Both the position numbers and the translations under genes were made by a program. This document shows positions 36,134 to 50,360 of a stretch of DNA of 64,000 bases, piece by piece. The notes under the pieces are model-generated. The model was not told where the DNA came from. It made no database searches and saw nothing but the letters and a program-made list of their open reading frames with translations. Numbering within the stretch: position 1 is the stretch's first letter; each line of letters starts with the position of its first letter. Source of the stretch: Antedon mediterranea (Eukaryota; Animalia; Echinodermata); contig NC_092671.1 of assembly GCF_964355755.1 (NCBI RefSeq), positions 40,863,304-40,927,303 on the forward strand, in the 5' to 3' direction.

Positions 36134-38664
36134 ATGAGCAGTTCATCGTCTGTTTCCGTTGAAAATGGAATCAAAACACCGATAGACAAAACTATACCTT
36201 ACCATCTGACAGATAGGCCTGTAAACACAGAAATACAACAACCGCAAACAGACATTACCGTTGTTTGTAAAATGTGTGAAAAACGTATCAAAATTAGAAA
36301 ATTACAAGAACATCGTACATACCATAATGCATTGTTAACACTAGGTTACCATGAAAACAAAAAACCACCAAATGTGGAATTGCTACTAAGACGTCGGCAG
36401 CATTTAATCAAGAAATTGTCGAAATATTCTAATATGATCACCATACAGAGAATAAATGATGCTTTTGAATTTGTAAAGTCAGTAATGCAGGGTACATATG
36501 ATAATCTACGTGAAGTGACAGAGCCAGTTGTTGTAGATTGTGTAGGCCAGCCTTTAAACTGTAGTGCATCATGCATACATGCTATGAGTTTCTGTTCTGA
36601 TGCTAATGAACGTTGGAAGTCCAAAATGGAAGATACTTGCATATTCCAAGACTTCTTTGGGAATGATATGAATAAGTGTTTTTTTGCAGTTTATGATGGT
36701 CATAATGGTAGATTTGCAGCTGATATTGTAGCATATGATTTTCATCATTTCCTTTTGAATGAAATGATTCGATTTGATCCTAAAACCACTTGCAGGTGTA
36801 CTGTAAACCATGCTGGAAAAATTGAAATTGAAGAATATGATAGAAAGCCATTACAAAATATTCGGAAGGATAGTATAAGGCACATTCTTCATGAAGAAGG
36901 TGTAAATATTATCCAGCAAATTATGCACACCTGTGATGAAAATATTCAACACTTAAAAAACATTGATAGGAGGATAAAACGTTCTAAAAAGAAGTGTGTA
37001 AAAAATCCATTTGCAGAAAAGATGGGGTTAGCTTTTAACAGAGCCTATATCCACGCAGATGACATGTTAAAGTTTGGTGTTGATGAAATGTCTCGTGTAA
37101 GATGGAGTGGTTGTTCAGCTCTAACTTGTGTTATTGAAAGTACATCAGAATTGGATGAATTAACAGATGTAGATAGTCCACCTGGAATGCCACAGAAAAA
37201 GGGAGTCATATATATTGCAAATTCAGGTTTATTTATTTTCTTGGTTATTATTATAGTATTGAGTAGTTGGTTTGTTTGGTTAAGATTTGGGGGGTTTTTT
37301 TTTTGCTGCTGTTACTTTAAGATTTAGCATACATAAATGCACTTGATATCAAGCATTAAAAAAAGTTATTTTTTTGTTTTGAATTTATGATAAATCTTAG
37401 AATTATATAAAAACATGCAAGTTGTTATATATGATGTCATGCCGATGATAACCTAAAAAGCTTCTTAATTTTGGCAAATTCTGTGCTTGATATTTATACT
37501 TTCAAGTTCAGTTTGTTGTTTATTTGAGCAGATAATTTATACCAAGAAACCCACATTTTTTTACATTTAATTTGTTTAGGTAATGTACATGCAGTTTTAT
37601 GCAGGAATGGTAAAGCATACAAACTAACAAGAGACCACACATTAAATAATGCAAATGAAATAAACAGAGTTAAAAAAGCTGGTGCTGAAGTTCATACTAG
37701 TCAAAAAGGTGCTAGAGTGAATGGTATACTGGAGACAACTAGAGGTTTTGGTATGTATACTCTAATTATCGGGTGATTGCAGAGTGGGTGAGGGCGAGCA
37801 TACCCCTTCTTCCCCAAACTTACTATATTAGAATCTATAATACTAACATGGGTACGGTAAGCTTGACATGCCAAAGGTCGAAAATGTATCTAAAATGTAA
37901 TTATGTATTAAATATCCGGAAATTTGCACATTTGCTATTTCCAAAGGCATGTGTAAATATTTCTTGAGTGAGAATTGTCTATTTTTTTAGGGTGACCCTA
38001 TTGCACTGTCTCCAGGTACTGTATGGTTACTTTTGTTGTAATTTTAAAGTTAATAATTGTAATTTCAGGAAATCATGGCGACCAAGAATTAAAAAAAGCA
38101 GTCATAGTTGATCCATATACCACCTCCGTCACAGTCGACCAGTATGCAGAATTTCTAATTATAGCTAGCAATGGTTTATGGGAAGTTTTGTCAGAAGATG
38201 AGGCTGTCTCTATTATCTATGAAATGATGCCAAGTGCTGAAATGTCTTGCTCACTACCTGATCATTTGAACAAACTTACAAAGTCTATGAAATCAACCAT
38301 GCAGTTATTTTCCAGTAACAATGAACAGTATACAGAAAAAAGCGATAGAAATGAAAACCATGACAAATTGGCTACATTGGAAAATAATATTATTGATACA
38401 TGTTTAGAAGAAGATGTAGGCACAGATTTTGGAAGTTTAATGTCTACACTGACGACGGAAAATGATAGAATTGAAGCAGACATTGCGACAGTGACAGAAA
38501 TGCAAATGATGTATGCTCAGTCACATATGTATCTTTCAGAAGAAGAAAGGTACAGAGATCTTTCCAAGAACATGAGTGAACGACTTGTAGAAGCTGCATT
38601 ATTAGCTGGTAGTCGTGATAATATTACAGTTATGCTGATTCTTCTTCCTGGCTGTAAAATATAG
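36134..38664 (+). CDS. PP2D1: Protein phosphatase 2C-like domain-containing protein 1
   Basis: Exons 36134-37226, 37580-37750, 38069-38664. PP2C motifs MED, YDGHNG, WSGCSA, ANSGNVHAV, LTRDH, TRGFGNHG, IIASNGLWE and SRDNIT; N-terminal CxxC...HxxxH as in PP2D1. An upstream exon is not excluded because an acceptor lies at 36121. Confidence 0.85.
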
Positions 38665-39058
38665 AATTTGTGTGTTATGCTGCATTAGTATAAAATAATA
38701 CATAAAGTGTTCTCACAAAAGAAGTACGTTAAAGTGTATATACATGTGCACATGATATAAATTTGACACTGTTTGATTTTAAATGAAATGATGTATATTA
38801 TTATAAATTAGTTATAATGTATTAAATTAAATAATGCAAAATATGCTACACTGTGATGATGTTATTTATTCATTTGAAATCTACTTTGTTTGGCTATTTA
38901 TAGCATTTAGGTATACTTTTTGACACAAAACATGAAAGTGCACAGAATAGCCTAAAATCGCATTTGATTTCATTTCAGGCAATTTTTAGCATTTCGATAA
39001 CACTTAAGTTGACAAAAAAACACAGAACATGGTAATTCGATACATTTTAGGCCATTTT

Positions 39059-42000
39059 GGAAACTACTCGGAACTACACGGAACTACTCGGATCTTCTCG
39101 GAACTTCTTGGAACTTCTCGGTACTTCTCGGAACTAATCGGAACTACTCCGAAATACTCCGAAATACTCGGGACTACTCGGAACTAATCGGAACTAATCG
39201 GAACTACTCGGAACTACTCGGAAATACTCTGAATTATCGGGACTACTCGGAACTTCTCGGAACTACTCGGAACTTCTCGGAACTACTCGGAACTTCTCGT
39301 CACTACTCGGAACTACTCGGAATTACTAGAAAATACTCGGAAATACTAGAAAAATACTCGGAACTACTCGGAACTACTTGGAACTGCACGGGACTACTCG
39401 GGACTACTTGTAACTACTCGGTACTACTCGGAACTACTCGAAACTACTCGAAACTACTCGGAACTACCCGGAACTTCCCGGAACTTCTCGGAACTTCTCA
39501 GATACTACTTCGAACTATTCGGACCTACTCGGAACTACTCGGAACTTCTCGGAACTACTCGGAACTACTCGGAAATTCTCGGAACTATTCGGAACTATTC
39601 AAAACTACTCGTCAAAATTCGGAACTACTCCGAAATACTCCGAAATACTCGGGACTACTCGGAACTACTCGGAACTAATCGGAACTAATCGGAACTAATC
39701 GGAACTACTCGGAACTTCTCGGGACTACACGGGACTACTCGGAAATACTCTGAATTATCGGAACTACTCGGAACTTCTCGGAACTACTCGGAACTTCTCG
39801 GAACTACTCGAAACTTCTCGTCACTACTCGGAACTACTAGAAAAATACTCGGAAATACTAGAAAAATACTCGGAACTACTCGGAACTACTCGGAACTGCA
39901 CGGGACTACTCTGGACTACTTGTAACTACTCGGTACTACTCGGAACTACTCGAAACTTCTCAGATACTACTTCGAACTATTCGGACCTACTCGGAACTAC
40001 TCGGAACTTCTCGGAACTACTCGGAACTTCTCGGAACTATTCGGAACTATTCAAAACTTCTCGGAACTACTCGTCAAAATTCGGAACCACTCGGAACTAC
40101 TCGGAAATTCTTGGAACTATTCGAAACTACATGTCAATATTCGGAACTACTCGGAACTTCTCGGAACTATTCAAAACTTCTCGGAACTACTCGTCAAAAT
40201 TCCAAACTATTCGGAACTACTCGGAAATTCTTGGATCTAATCAAGACTACTCGGGTTTATTTGGAACTACTCGGAACTACTCGGAACTTCTCGGGACTAC
40301 TCGGGACTTCTCGGGACTACTCAGGACTTCTCGGAACCACTCGGAACTACTCGGAACTTCTCGAATCGGAACTTATCGGAACTACTCGGATCTACTCGAT
40401 ACTACTCGGAACTACTAGGAACTATTCGTAACTTCTCGGAACTACTCGGAACTACTCGTAAATACTCGGAACTTCTCGGAACTACTCAGAACTTCTCGGA
40501 ACTACTCGATACTACACAATACTACACGATACTACTCGGAACTACTCGGAACTTCTCACCACTACTCGGAACTTCTCACCACTACTCAGAACTACTTGGA
40601 ACTACTCGGAACTACTTGGAAATACTCGGAAACACTCGGAACTACTCGGAACTACTGTGAACGTCTAGGAACTACTCGGAATTACACGGAACTACTCGGA
40701 ACTTCTCGCCACTACTCGGAACTAATCGGAACTACTCGGAAATACTCGGAACTTCTCGCCACTACTCGGAACTACTCGGAACTTATCGGAACTTCTCGAA
40801 ACTTCTCGGAACTCCTCGGAACTACTCGTCAATATTCGGAACTACTGGGAAGTACTCGGAAATACTCGGAACTTTTCGGAACTACTCAGAACTTCTCGGA
40901 AATATTTGGAACTATTCGGAACTACTCGGAACTTCTCGGAACTTTTCGGAAATACTCGGGACTACACTGGACTTCTCGGAACTACTCGGAAATTCTCGGA
41001 ACTATTCGAAACTTCTCAGAACTTCTCGGAACCTATCAGAACTTATCGGAACTACTCGGAGCTACTCGATACTACTCGGAACTTCTCGGAACTACTCTAT
41101 ACTACTCGGAATTGCTCGGAACTGCTCGGACCTTCTCGGAACTACTCGATACTACTCGGAACTACTCGAAACTACTCGAAACTACTCGGAACTACTTGGA
41201 AACTACTCGGAACTACTCGGAAACTAATCGTAACTACTCGTAGCTACTCGTAGCTACTCGGAACTTCTCGGAACTTCTCGCCACTACTCGGAACTGATCG
41301 GAACTACTCAGAACTTCTATGAACTACTCGGAACTTATCGGAACTACTCGGAACTACTCGTCAATATTCGGAACTACTGGGAAATACTCGGAAATACTTG
41401 GAACTTTTCGGAACTACTCAGAACTTCTCGGAAATATTCGGAACTATTTGGAACTACTCGGAACTACTCTGAATTACTCTGAACTTCTCGGAACTTCTCG
41501 CCACTACTCGGAACTTCTCGGAACTATTCGTAACTATTCGTTACTTCTCGGAACTACTCGGAACTACTCGTCAATATTCGGAACTACTCGGAACTACTCG
41601 GAACTACTCAGAACTTCTCGGAACTTCTCGATACTACACGATACTACTCAGAACTTCTCGGAACTATTCGAAACTTCTCGGAACTACTCATCAATATTCG
41701 GAAATACTCGGAACCACTCGGAACTACTCGGAACTTCTCACCACTACTCGTTACTACTCGGAAATACTCGTAAACACTCGGAACTACTGGGAACGTCTAG
41801 GAACTACTCTGAACTACTCTGAATTACTCGGAACTTCTAGGAACTTCTCGCCACTACTCGGAAATACTCGGAAATACTCGGAACTACTCAGAACTACTCA
41901 TCAATATTCAGAACTACTCGGAACTACTCGGAACTACTCGTCAATATTCAGAACTACTCGGAACTACTCGTCAATATTCGGAACTACTGGGAAGTACTCG

Positions 42001-44168
42001 GAAATATTCGGAACTATTCGGAACTACTCGGTACTACTCGGAACTACTCTGAACTACTCTGAACTTCTCGGGACTACTCGGAACTACTAGGAACTACTCG
42101 GAAATTCTCGGAACTTCTCGGAACTATTCGTAACTTCTCGGAACTACTCAGAACTACTCGTCAATATTCGGAACTACTCGGAACTATTCGTAAATACTCG
42201 GAACTTCTCGGAACTTCTCGGAACTAATCAGAACTTCTCGGAACTACTTGATACTACACGATACTACTCAGAACTACTCGGAACTTCTCAGAACTATTCC
42301 AAACTTCTCGGAACTACTCATCAATATTCGGAACTACTCGGAAATACTCGGAACCACTTGGAACTACTCGGAACTTCTCACCACTACTCGGAATTTCTCA
42401 CCACTACTCAGAACTACTTGGAACTACTCGGAACTACTCGTTACTACTCGGAATCACTCGTAAATACTCGGAACTACTGGGAACTACTCGGAACTACTCT
42501 GAATTACTTGGAACTTCTCGGAACTACTCGGAACTACTCGGAAATACTCGGAAATACTCGGAACTACTGGGAACTTCTAGGAACTACTCGGAACTTATCG
42601 GAACTTATCGGAACTTCTCAGAACTACTCGATACTACTCGGAACTTCTCGAAACTGCTCGGAAACTACTCGGAGCTACTCGGAGCTACTCGTAACTACTC
42701 GGAGCTACTCGATACTACTCGGAACTACTCGGAACTTCTCGGAACTACTCGGAACTTCTCGAAACTGCTAGGAACTTGCTCTGAACTAATCGGAAACTAC
42801 TCGGAACTACTCGGAGCTACTCGGAGCTACTTGGAGCTACTCGTAGCTACTCGTTGCTACTCGGATTTACTCGGAGCTACTCGATACTACTTGATACTAC
42901 TGGGAACCTACTCGGAAACTACTCGGAACTACTCGTAGCTACGAGAGAGCTACAAGATACTACTGGGAACTACTCGGAACTACTCGGATCTACTAGGAAC
43001 TACTCGGAAATTCTCGTAACTATTCGTAACTATTCGTAACTACTCGGAACTTCTCGGAACTACTCGTCAATATTCGGAACTACTCGTAAATACTCGGAAC
43101 TTCTCGGAACTTCTCGATACTACACGATACTACTCAGAACTTCTCGGAACTATTCGAAACTTCTCGGAACTACTCATCAATATTCGGAAATACTCGGAAC
43201 CACTCGGAACTACTCGGAACTTCTCACCACTACTCGGAACTTCTCACCACTACTCGTTACTACTCGGAAATACTCGTAAACACTCGGAACTACTCGGAAC
43301 TACTGGGAACGTCTAGGAACTACTCGGAACTAATCGGAAATACTCGGAACTTCTCAGAACTTCTCGCCACTACTCGGAACTACTCGGAACTAATCGGAAA
43401 TACTCAGAAATACTCGGAACTACTCGGAACTTCTCGGAACTACTCAGAACTACTCGTCAATATTCATAACTACTCGGAACTACTCGTCAATATTCGGAAC
43501 TACTGGGAAGTACTCGGAAATACTTGGAACTTTTCGGAACTACTCAGAACTTCTCGGAAATATTTGGAACTATTCGGAACTACTCGGAACTACTCGGAAC
43601 TATTCGGAACTTCTCGGAACTTCTCGGAACCTATCGGAACTACTCGGAACTTCTTGGAACTACTCGATCCTGCTCGGAACTGCTCGGAACTACTCGGAAA
43701 CTACTCGGAAACTACTCTGAAACTACTCTTAACTACTCTTAACTACTCGGAGCTACTCGATACTACTGGGAACTACTCGGAACTACTCAAAACTACTCAG
43801 AAATTCTTGGAACTATTCGTAACTACTCGTCAATATTCGGAACTACTCGTAAATACTCGGAACTTCTCGGAACTACACAGAACTACTCAAAACTACTTGG
43901 AACTACTCGGAACTATTCGGAACTACTTGGAACTTCTCAGAACTACTCAAAACTTCTCGAAACTTCTTGGAACCTCTCGATACTACTCGGGACTTCTCGG
44001 AAATACTCGGGACTACTCTGGACTTCTCGGAAATACTCGGAAATACTCGGAACTACTCGGAACTACTCGGAACTACTCGGAACTTCTTGGAACTACTCGG
44101 AACTTCTCGGAACCTATCGGAACTACTCGGAGCTACTCGGAACTTCTCGGAACTACTCGATACTACCC
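39059..44168 (+). repeat. Subtelomeric 10-bp satellite (GGAACTACTC)n, block 1
   Basis: About 500 diverged units, with variants GGAACTTCTC, GGAAATACTC and GTCAATATTC. Confidence 0.97.
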
Positions 44169-44570
44169 TGGTCAGCCTGGGAAACAATGCCAAGCATCAA
44201 GATAACTTATATACTTTTTGAATGGAAAATAATAACAATTTAACACTCCATCATTTTCAATTTTAATTTTTTTAAATTTTTTTTGCTGTTTTCATTCATA
44301 ATGTCATATTTTTTTTTATCAATATCAGTTAACTTAATTTTAACCAAATGTTAAATTGCAATTTTGATTCTTTTTTTTTTCCTCTCTTTTTTAAGTACGT
44401 TAAGTCGTAGTTTTTTGTTTTTGTAACACATATATTTTTTTTTTTTTTGGTATGTACTATGATATAGACTCTAGCACCTCGGAACATGACCGACTAACCA
44501 ACCTAATTTTTTCACCCTTTTTAAATGATTCTGACAATTTTACTACTAATATTGATCCTGATACACATTT

Positions 44571-45285
44571 TTAGTCGCGTGGAAGCGACTCTATAGTTCA
44601 CTATGTCGGTCGGTCGGTCTGTCTGTCGGTCGGTCCGGTATCACTATGCGTTTTATTGCTTTTCTGTACTTTTTGAACTGTTTTGATGTCAACATGTGGG
44701 CATTTACGTGAAATTGTGCTATTGTGAATGACGTTAGAGTTGCGCAACGTGATTTACGCGCGATTTAACGATTTTCTCGTATTTAACATAGGTCAAAAAC
44801 CAAATAACATTTGAAATTGAAACTTTGCAAAAGTTTCATTTATATCAGGCGCTAACTTTCTGTTGAAAAAAAATGTGTGTTTTACACAAAGTTACGCACG
44901 CACGCGCATTTAAAATTTTAAAATGCGCAAAATTAATTTTTAATCAACTTTCTACGCGTTTCTTATCATTTTGAGCATGTCAAAAATTCCCATACGCGCG
45001 CAAATTTTTACGCGCGCGGTGCGCACGTAGCATTAGATACATACTTTTTTCACGTGATTTATGTTTTTGCAGCCTTTTCTAATAATTTTTCCAACTTTTA
45101 AACAATTTCGACTTAAGATTACGTCATACGAGCACGTCGAATTGGATAATTTACGCACGTTTTTGATGAAAAAGTTTGAAAATTCGTCAAAATTATGCCT
45201 CTATAGTTCAATATGTCGGTCGGTCTGTCTGTCGGTCCGGTATCACTATGCATTGTAGCACGCGACTTAATGGCTGTTGGCCTTG
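44571..45285 (+). mobile_element. Helentron-associated non-autonomous element (HINE/DINE-1-like), copy 1
   Basis: 5' ttagtcgcgtggaagcgact hairpin/subTIR, (GTCK)n microsatellite, 3' subTIR cacgcgact followed by taatggctgttggccttg; inserted in a T run without TSD. Confidence 0.75.
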
Positions 45286-45932
45286 TTTCTCTAACGACCA
45301 AAACTTATCTCAATACTACTACCCCAACTCATTCCCGAATACTAAATCGGACTGCTTTTCTACAATTCATTTTAACTCTAGAAGTATCCTTAAAAACATT
45401 GATCAAATTAAACAACTCTTAGAAGCAACAAAGCATCAATTTGATGTCATTGGTGTAAGTGAAACCTGGCTTAAATATGATAACCCTCTTGTACAGCTCC
45501 CTAATTACCATTTTACTGCAAATCACAGAGACCATAAAGTCGGTGGTGACGTTGCCATGTATATTCGTGATAGCCTTCAGTATTCCACAAGAAATGACTT
45601 GACTCTACACCCCTCCACATGCGAATCAATTTTTATCGAAATTACCAGACCAAATTTAAAAAACATCGTTATTGGAACAGTATATAGGCCCCCCCCCCCC
45701 TCTTTTGACCCAAACACATTTTCAGATGAATTAGATTTTGTTCTTTCCACATTATCCAAAGAAAACAAGATTATGTATATCCTTGGCGATTTCAATATTG
45801 ACATTCTCAAATATGAATTTGATAATGAAGCCCGCCATTTTATAAATTCACTGTTTAGTAACCATTACCTTCCATGTATTCACAAACCATCCCGTATATC
45901 TAAAAACACTGCTACTCTGCTTGACAACATTT

Positions 45933-46725
45933 TTAGTCGCGTGGAAGCGACTCTATAGTTCACTATGTCGGTCGGTCGGTCTGTCTGTCTGTCTGTCGGT
46001 CTGTCTGTCTGTCTGTCGGTCCGGTATCACTATGCGTTTTATCGCTTTATGACCTTATCTTGATATCAGTTTAATCTAGCTAAGTCAATTTTTCACAGAA
46101 TATTCCTTATGGCCAGGAATCGATGTGGTTATGTTTTCACGGTGCGCAATAAAGAATTACGCGGTCTACGCACGATTTAACGAAATCACGTTTGTAATCA
46201 TATCTTAACAACCATGAATCACAATTAAATAAAATTTGGTACTCATAAATTTCAGGGCATAAATCATCATATGGCAATACAATTATGTGCGTAGCGCATG
46301 TAACGCATGCGTACGCGCGCTTAACATTTTCAAAATGTATTTTCGATGAAATAAGAGTACGTTTCAGGCAATTTTAAGCGTTTACAAAATTGCCATGAGT
46401 GCGCAGATTTTTGCGCGCGCACTGCGCGTTAAATGTTATTGCGCACTCTTTTTGCCCGATTTCTCTTTTCTTGACTTACTTTTCAACTCGAAATTACGTT
46501 ATACGAGCACGTCAAAAGTGACAGGCTACGCACGTGTAAATTAAAAAAATATAAATGTTTTTTAACATTTCAACATTTTTAAACATGTTCAGTAATTTCG
46601 GTCAGTATAGTTCACTATGTCGGTCGGTCCGTCTGTCTGTCGGTCTGTCTGTCTGTCGGTCTGTTTGTCTGTCGGTCCGGTATCACTATGCATTGTAGCA
46701 CGCGACTTAATGGCTGTTGGCCTTG
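45933..46725 (+). mobile_element. Helentron-associated non-autonomous element (HINE/DINE-1-like), copy 2
   Basis: Same termini as copy 1; splits the LINE motif LDNIF|TN. Confidence 0.75.
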
Positions 46726-46912
46726 TTACAAATCAGTTCGATCATCACAACATAAGTGGTTTACTGTATTGTGATATCTCTGATCATCTTCCTGTTTTCA
46801 ATATTTCTTTTATTAATAATATTCCAACTGGCTCAAATGGGGAAGAAATTCATGAGTTCAGAAAAATAAACTATACATCCCTGGAAAACTTTCGCATTGA
46901 TGTGGCTTCACA

Positions 46913-47392
46913 ACAATGGCTTGAAGTTATAAACACTGACGATCCCAACACTGCATATAACAATGGCTTGAAGTTATAAACACTGACGATCCCAACACTG
47001 CATATAACAATGGCTTGAAGTTATAAACACTGACGATCCCAACACTGCATATAACAATGGCTTGAAGTTATAAACACTGACGATCCCAACACTGCATATA
47101 ACAATGGCTTGAAGTTATAAACACTGACGATCCCAACACTGCATATAACAATGGCTTGAAGTTATAAACACTGACGATCCCAACACTGCATATAAACACT
47201 GACGATCCCAACACTGCATATAAACACTGACGATCCCAACACTGCATATAAACACTGACGATCCCAACACTGCATATAAACACTGACGATCCCAACACTG
47301 CATATAAACACTGACGATCCCAACACTGCATATAAACACTGACGATCCCAACACTGCATATAAACACTGACGATCCCAACACTGCATATAAC
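46913..47392 (+). repeat. Tandem expansion inside LINE ORF2: six 47-bp units then seven 28-bp sub-units
   Basis: acaatggcttgaagttataaacactgacgatcccaacactgcatata, then aacactgacgatcccaacactgcatata. Confidence 0.92.
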
Positions 47393-48003
47393 AATTTTGA
47401 CAATAAATTAAAATCACTTTATAATAAACACTTTCCCCTCCAAAAATCAAAAAAATAAATAAATAAAATAAAATCCTGGATGTCTAATGGATTGCTAAAT
47501 TCAGTTAAATATAAACACAAACTTTATTCTAAATTCCTCCACTGTCCTTCTGTCGCCAATGAAAAAACATACAAAAAAATTCGCAATAAACTAAATACTT
47601 TGGTCAAACTGGCTAAAAAATTACATTACAAGAAGGACACTTTCATTAAACATAAAAATAATATCAAAGCAACCTGGAAAACCCTCAATTCACTACTCAA
47701 AAACCCCAATAATCGAAACTCTGATATCTCTATCAACTGTAAACGGTGAACTGACTAAAGATCCCAATTCAATATGTAATGCTTTTAACAAATACTTTGT
47801 AGAAATCGGTCCCTCCCCTTGCTAACAAAATTCCCCATGTCAACAACTCATTTAAAGACTTTCTGCCAAATCCAACTCATAATTCTTTATTTCTTAATCC
47901 AGTTGATGAGACGGAAGTTATAAAAATTATCACATCCTTTGAAACAAACAAATCCCCTGACATTGACGATTTTAAAACTAAACCCAATAAATATGTCGCC
48001 AAT

Positions 48004-48888
48004 TTGATCTCCTTCCCTTTATCCCATATTTTTAATCTTGTTTTAACTAATGGTGTGTTCCCAGACAGGATGAAGATAGGGCGCGTTACTCCTATTTATA
48101 AGTCCGGAAACAAATCTGATCTCTCCAACTATCGTCCTATCTCAATTCTTTCAATTTTCTCGAAAGCCTTGGAGAGAGTGATTTATGAACGTACGTCCTC
48201 ATTCATAAATAAATACAACATTCTCTACAAAAAACAATTTGGATTCAGAAAAAGCCACTATACTGCATCCGCTCTAATCGACCTAACTAATAAAATTGTT
48301 GATGGTTTCGAAGACCGTCACCTCACATTAGGAATTTTTATAGACCTCTCCAAGGCTTTCGATACAATTGATCACAATATTCTCTTATTCAAATTATCTC
48401 ACTATGGAATCCGTGGCCCTGCATTAAATCTCTTCAAAAGTTACCTCTCTAATCGTGTCCAATGCACAAAACTCTCCAATTCAATCTCTAACTTCAATCA
48501 TGTAACTTGTGGTGTTCCCCAAGGCTCCTTACTCGGTCCCCTTTTATTTATTCTGTACATTAACAATATCTATCTTTCTTCCCCATTACCTGATTTTTAC
48601 CTATACGCTGATGACACAACTGTCACTTATTCTCACCCTGAAATCCAAACTCTGTTTAATACTACCAACTCCCAACTAGAGATGTTGTCCCAATACTTTG
48701 CTGCTAATAAACTTTCTATAAACCATAAAAAATGTAACTTCATCCTGTTTGGGACTCCCCAGAAGTTAAAAAATGTTGACCCACCACCATACAATATTAC
48801 CATTGAAAATATAAACATCCCCTCTGTTCAATCAGCAAAATTCTTAGGTGTCCATCTTGACTCTGGCCTGACGTGGAAAACTCATTAG
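48004..48888 (+). pseudogene. Reverse transcriptase domain of LINE ORF2 (frameshifted on both sides)
   Basis: DLSKAFDTIDH, PQGSLLGPLLF and YADDTT motifs. Confidence 0.9.
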
Positions 48889-49727
48889 TGTAACTGAAAA
48901 CAAGATTTCCAAAAGCCTTGGTATTATTTTTCATTTGTCTTCATATTTACCCCCTAATATCCTACGCATCCTGTATTGCTCTATGATTCTTCCCTATTTG
49001 AGTTATTGTAATATTGTTTGATGCAACACATACCCCACAAACCTTAATGAATTGCATAACCTCCAAAAGAAGGCTATAAGAATTATATCTGGCGCGCCTC
49101 CGCTTTCCCATTCCTCTCATTTATTTTCAAATCTTAATCTCATCAAACTTAATGATATCAATTTAATTCAACAAACCATTATTGTGTACTCTGCCTTAAA
49201 CAACATCCTTCCTCACCATCTTTGTTATCTATTTACTTCCAATTCCTTCTATCATTCCCATCACACACGTACTAAAAATAAATTATCTATACCCTCCCAT
49301 AGAACAAATTCTTTCCAACATAACATTCGATACTCTGGACCCACCCTATGGAACAACCTACCACCCTCCATTTTAAAATCTGCTTCCCCTAAGATACTTC
49401 TCTCAAAATTAAAAAAATACACCTTTTCTACTTATTAAATTTTTATTATTCGGTCATGTCTCGATCTGCAGTACCAACAGATTTTTTTTTTTCTGTTATT
49501 CATATTTTAGATTACGAAATTTATTATGATTTTCTTCAATGCATTTCTTTTCTTTTTTATTTGTGTTAAGGCTCGCCCAACACAAGATGTTACAAAATCT
49601 TTCAGGGCTTTTGCCTTCATTTTCTGATATACTTTACAATTCTGTACAATCCTGTTTCTTGTTTTCCTACTGTATGTATTCAGATTTTGTAAATAATGTC
49701 TATTGAATTGAATTGAATTGAATTGAA

Positions 49728-50360
49728 CTGCTCGGAACTCCTCGGAACTACTCGGAAACTTCTCGGAACCACTCGGAACTTCTCGGGACCACTCGGAACC
49801 ACTCGGAAATTCTCGGAACTTCTCGGAACTATTCGTAACTTCTCGGAACTACTCGGAACTACTCGGAACAACTATTAAATACTCGGAACTACTCGGAACT
49901 TCTCGGAACTACTTGGAACTTCTCAGAACTTCTCAGAACCACTCGGAGGTACTCGGAGCTACTCGGAACTACTCGGAACTACTCGGAACTACTCACAACT
50001 ACTCTGAACTTATCGGAACTACTCGGAAATTCTCGGAACTTCTCGGAACTATTTGTAACTTCTCGGAACTACTCGTCAATATTTGGAACTACTCGGAACA
50101 ACTCTTAAATACTCGGAACTACTCGGATCTTCTCGGAACTATTCGATACTACTCGAAACTACTCGGAACTGCTCGGAACCTGCTCGGAACTTCTCGGAAC
50201 TACTCGGGACTACTCGGAACTACTCGGAACTACTCGGAGCTACTCGGAGCTACTCGGAACTTCTCGGAACTTCTCGGAACTTCTCGGAACTACTCGGAAC
50301 TTCTCGGAACTACTCGGAACTACTCGGAACTTCTCGGGACTACTCACAACTACTCGGAAC
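49728..50360 (+). repeat. (GGAACTACTC)n satellite, block 2
   Basis: Same unit as block 1. Confidence 0.95.

Larger units (their letters stand above)
44168..49727 (+). mobile_element. 5'-truncated, decayed CR1/L2-group LINE (APE endonuclease + RT ORF2) inserted in the satellite
   Basis: ORF2 pieces: HFNSRS, VSETWL, YRPP, ILGDFN, LDNIF, ISDHLPVF, YRPISIL, QFGFR, DLSKAFDTI, GVPQGSLLGP, YADD, KFLGV; stop at 49438; 3' stem-loop 49568-49617; (ATTGA)n tail 49702-49727. Confidence 0.92.

Noticed and set aside
40111-44221. ORFs with GTTRNYSELL repeats that look like a repeat protein
   Set aside because: Translation of the 10-bp satellite, whose consensus has no stop in any + frame; no splice or start context
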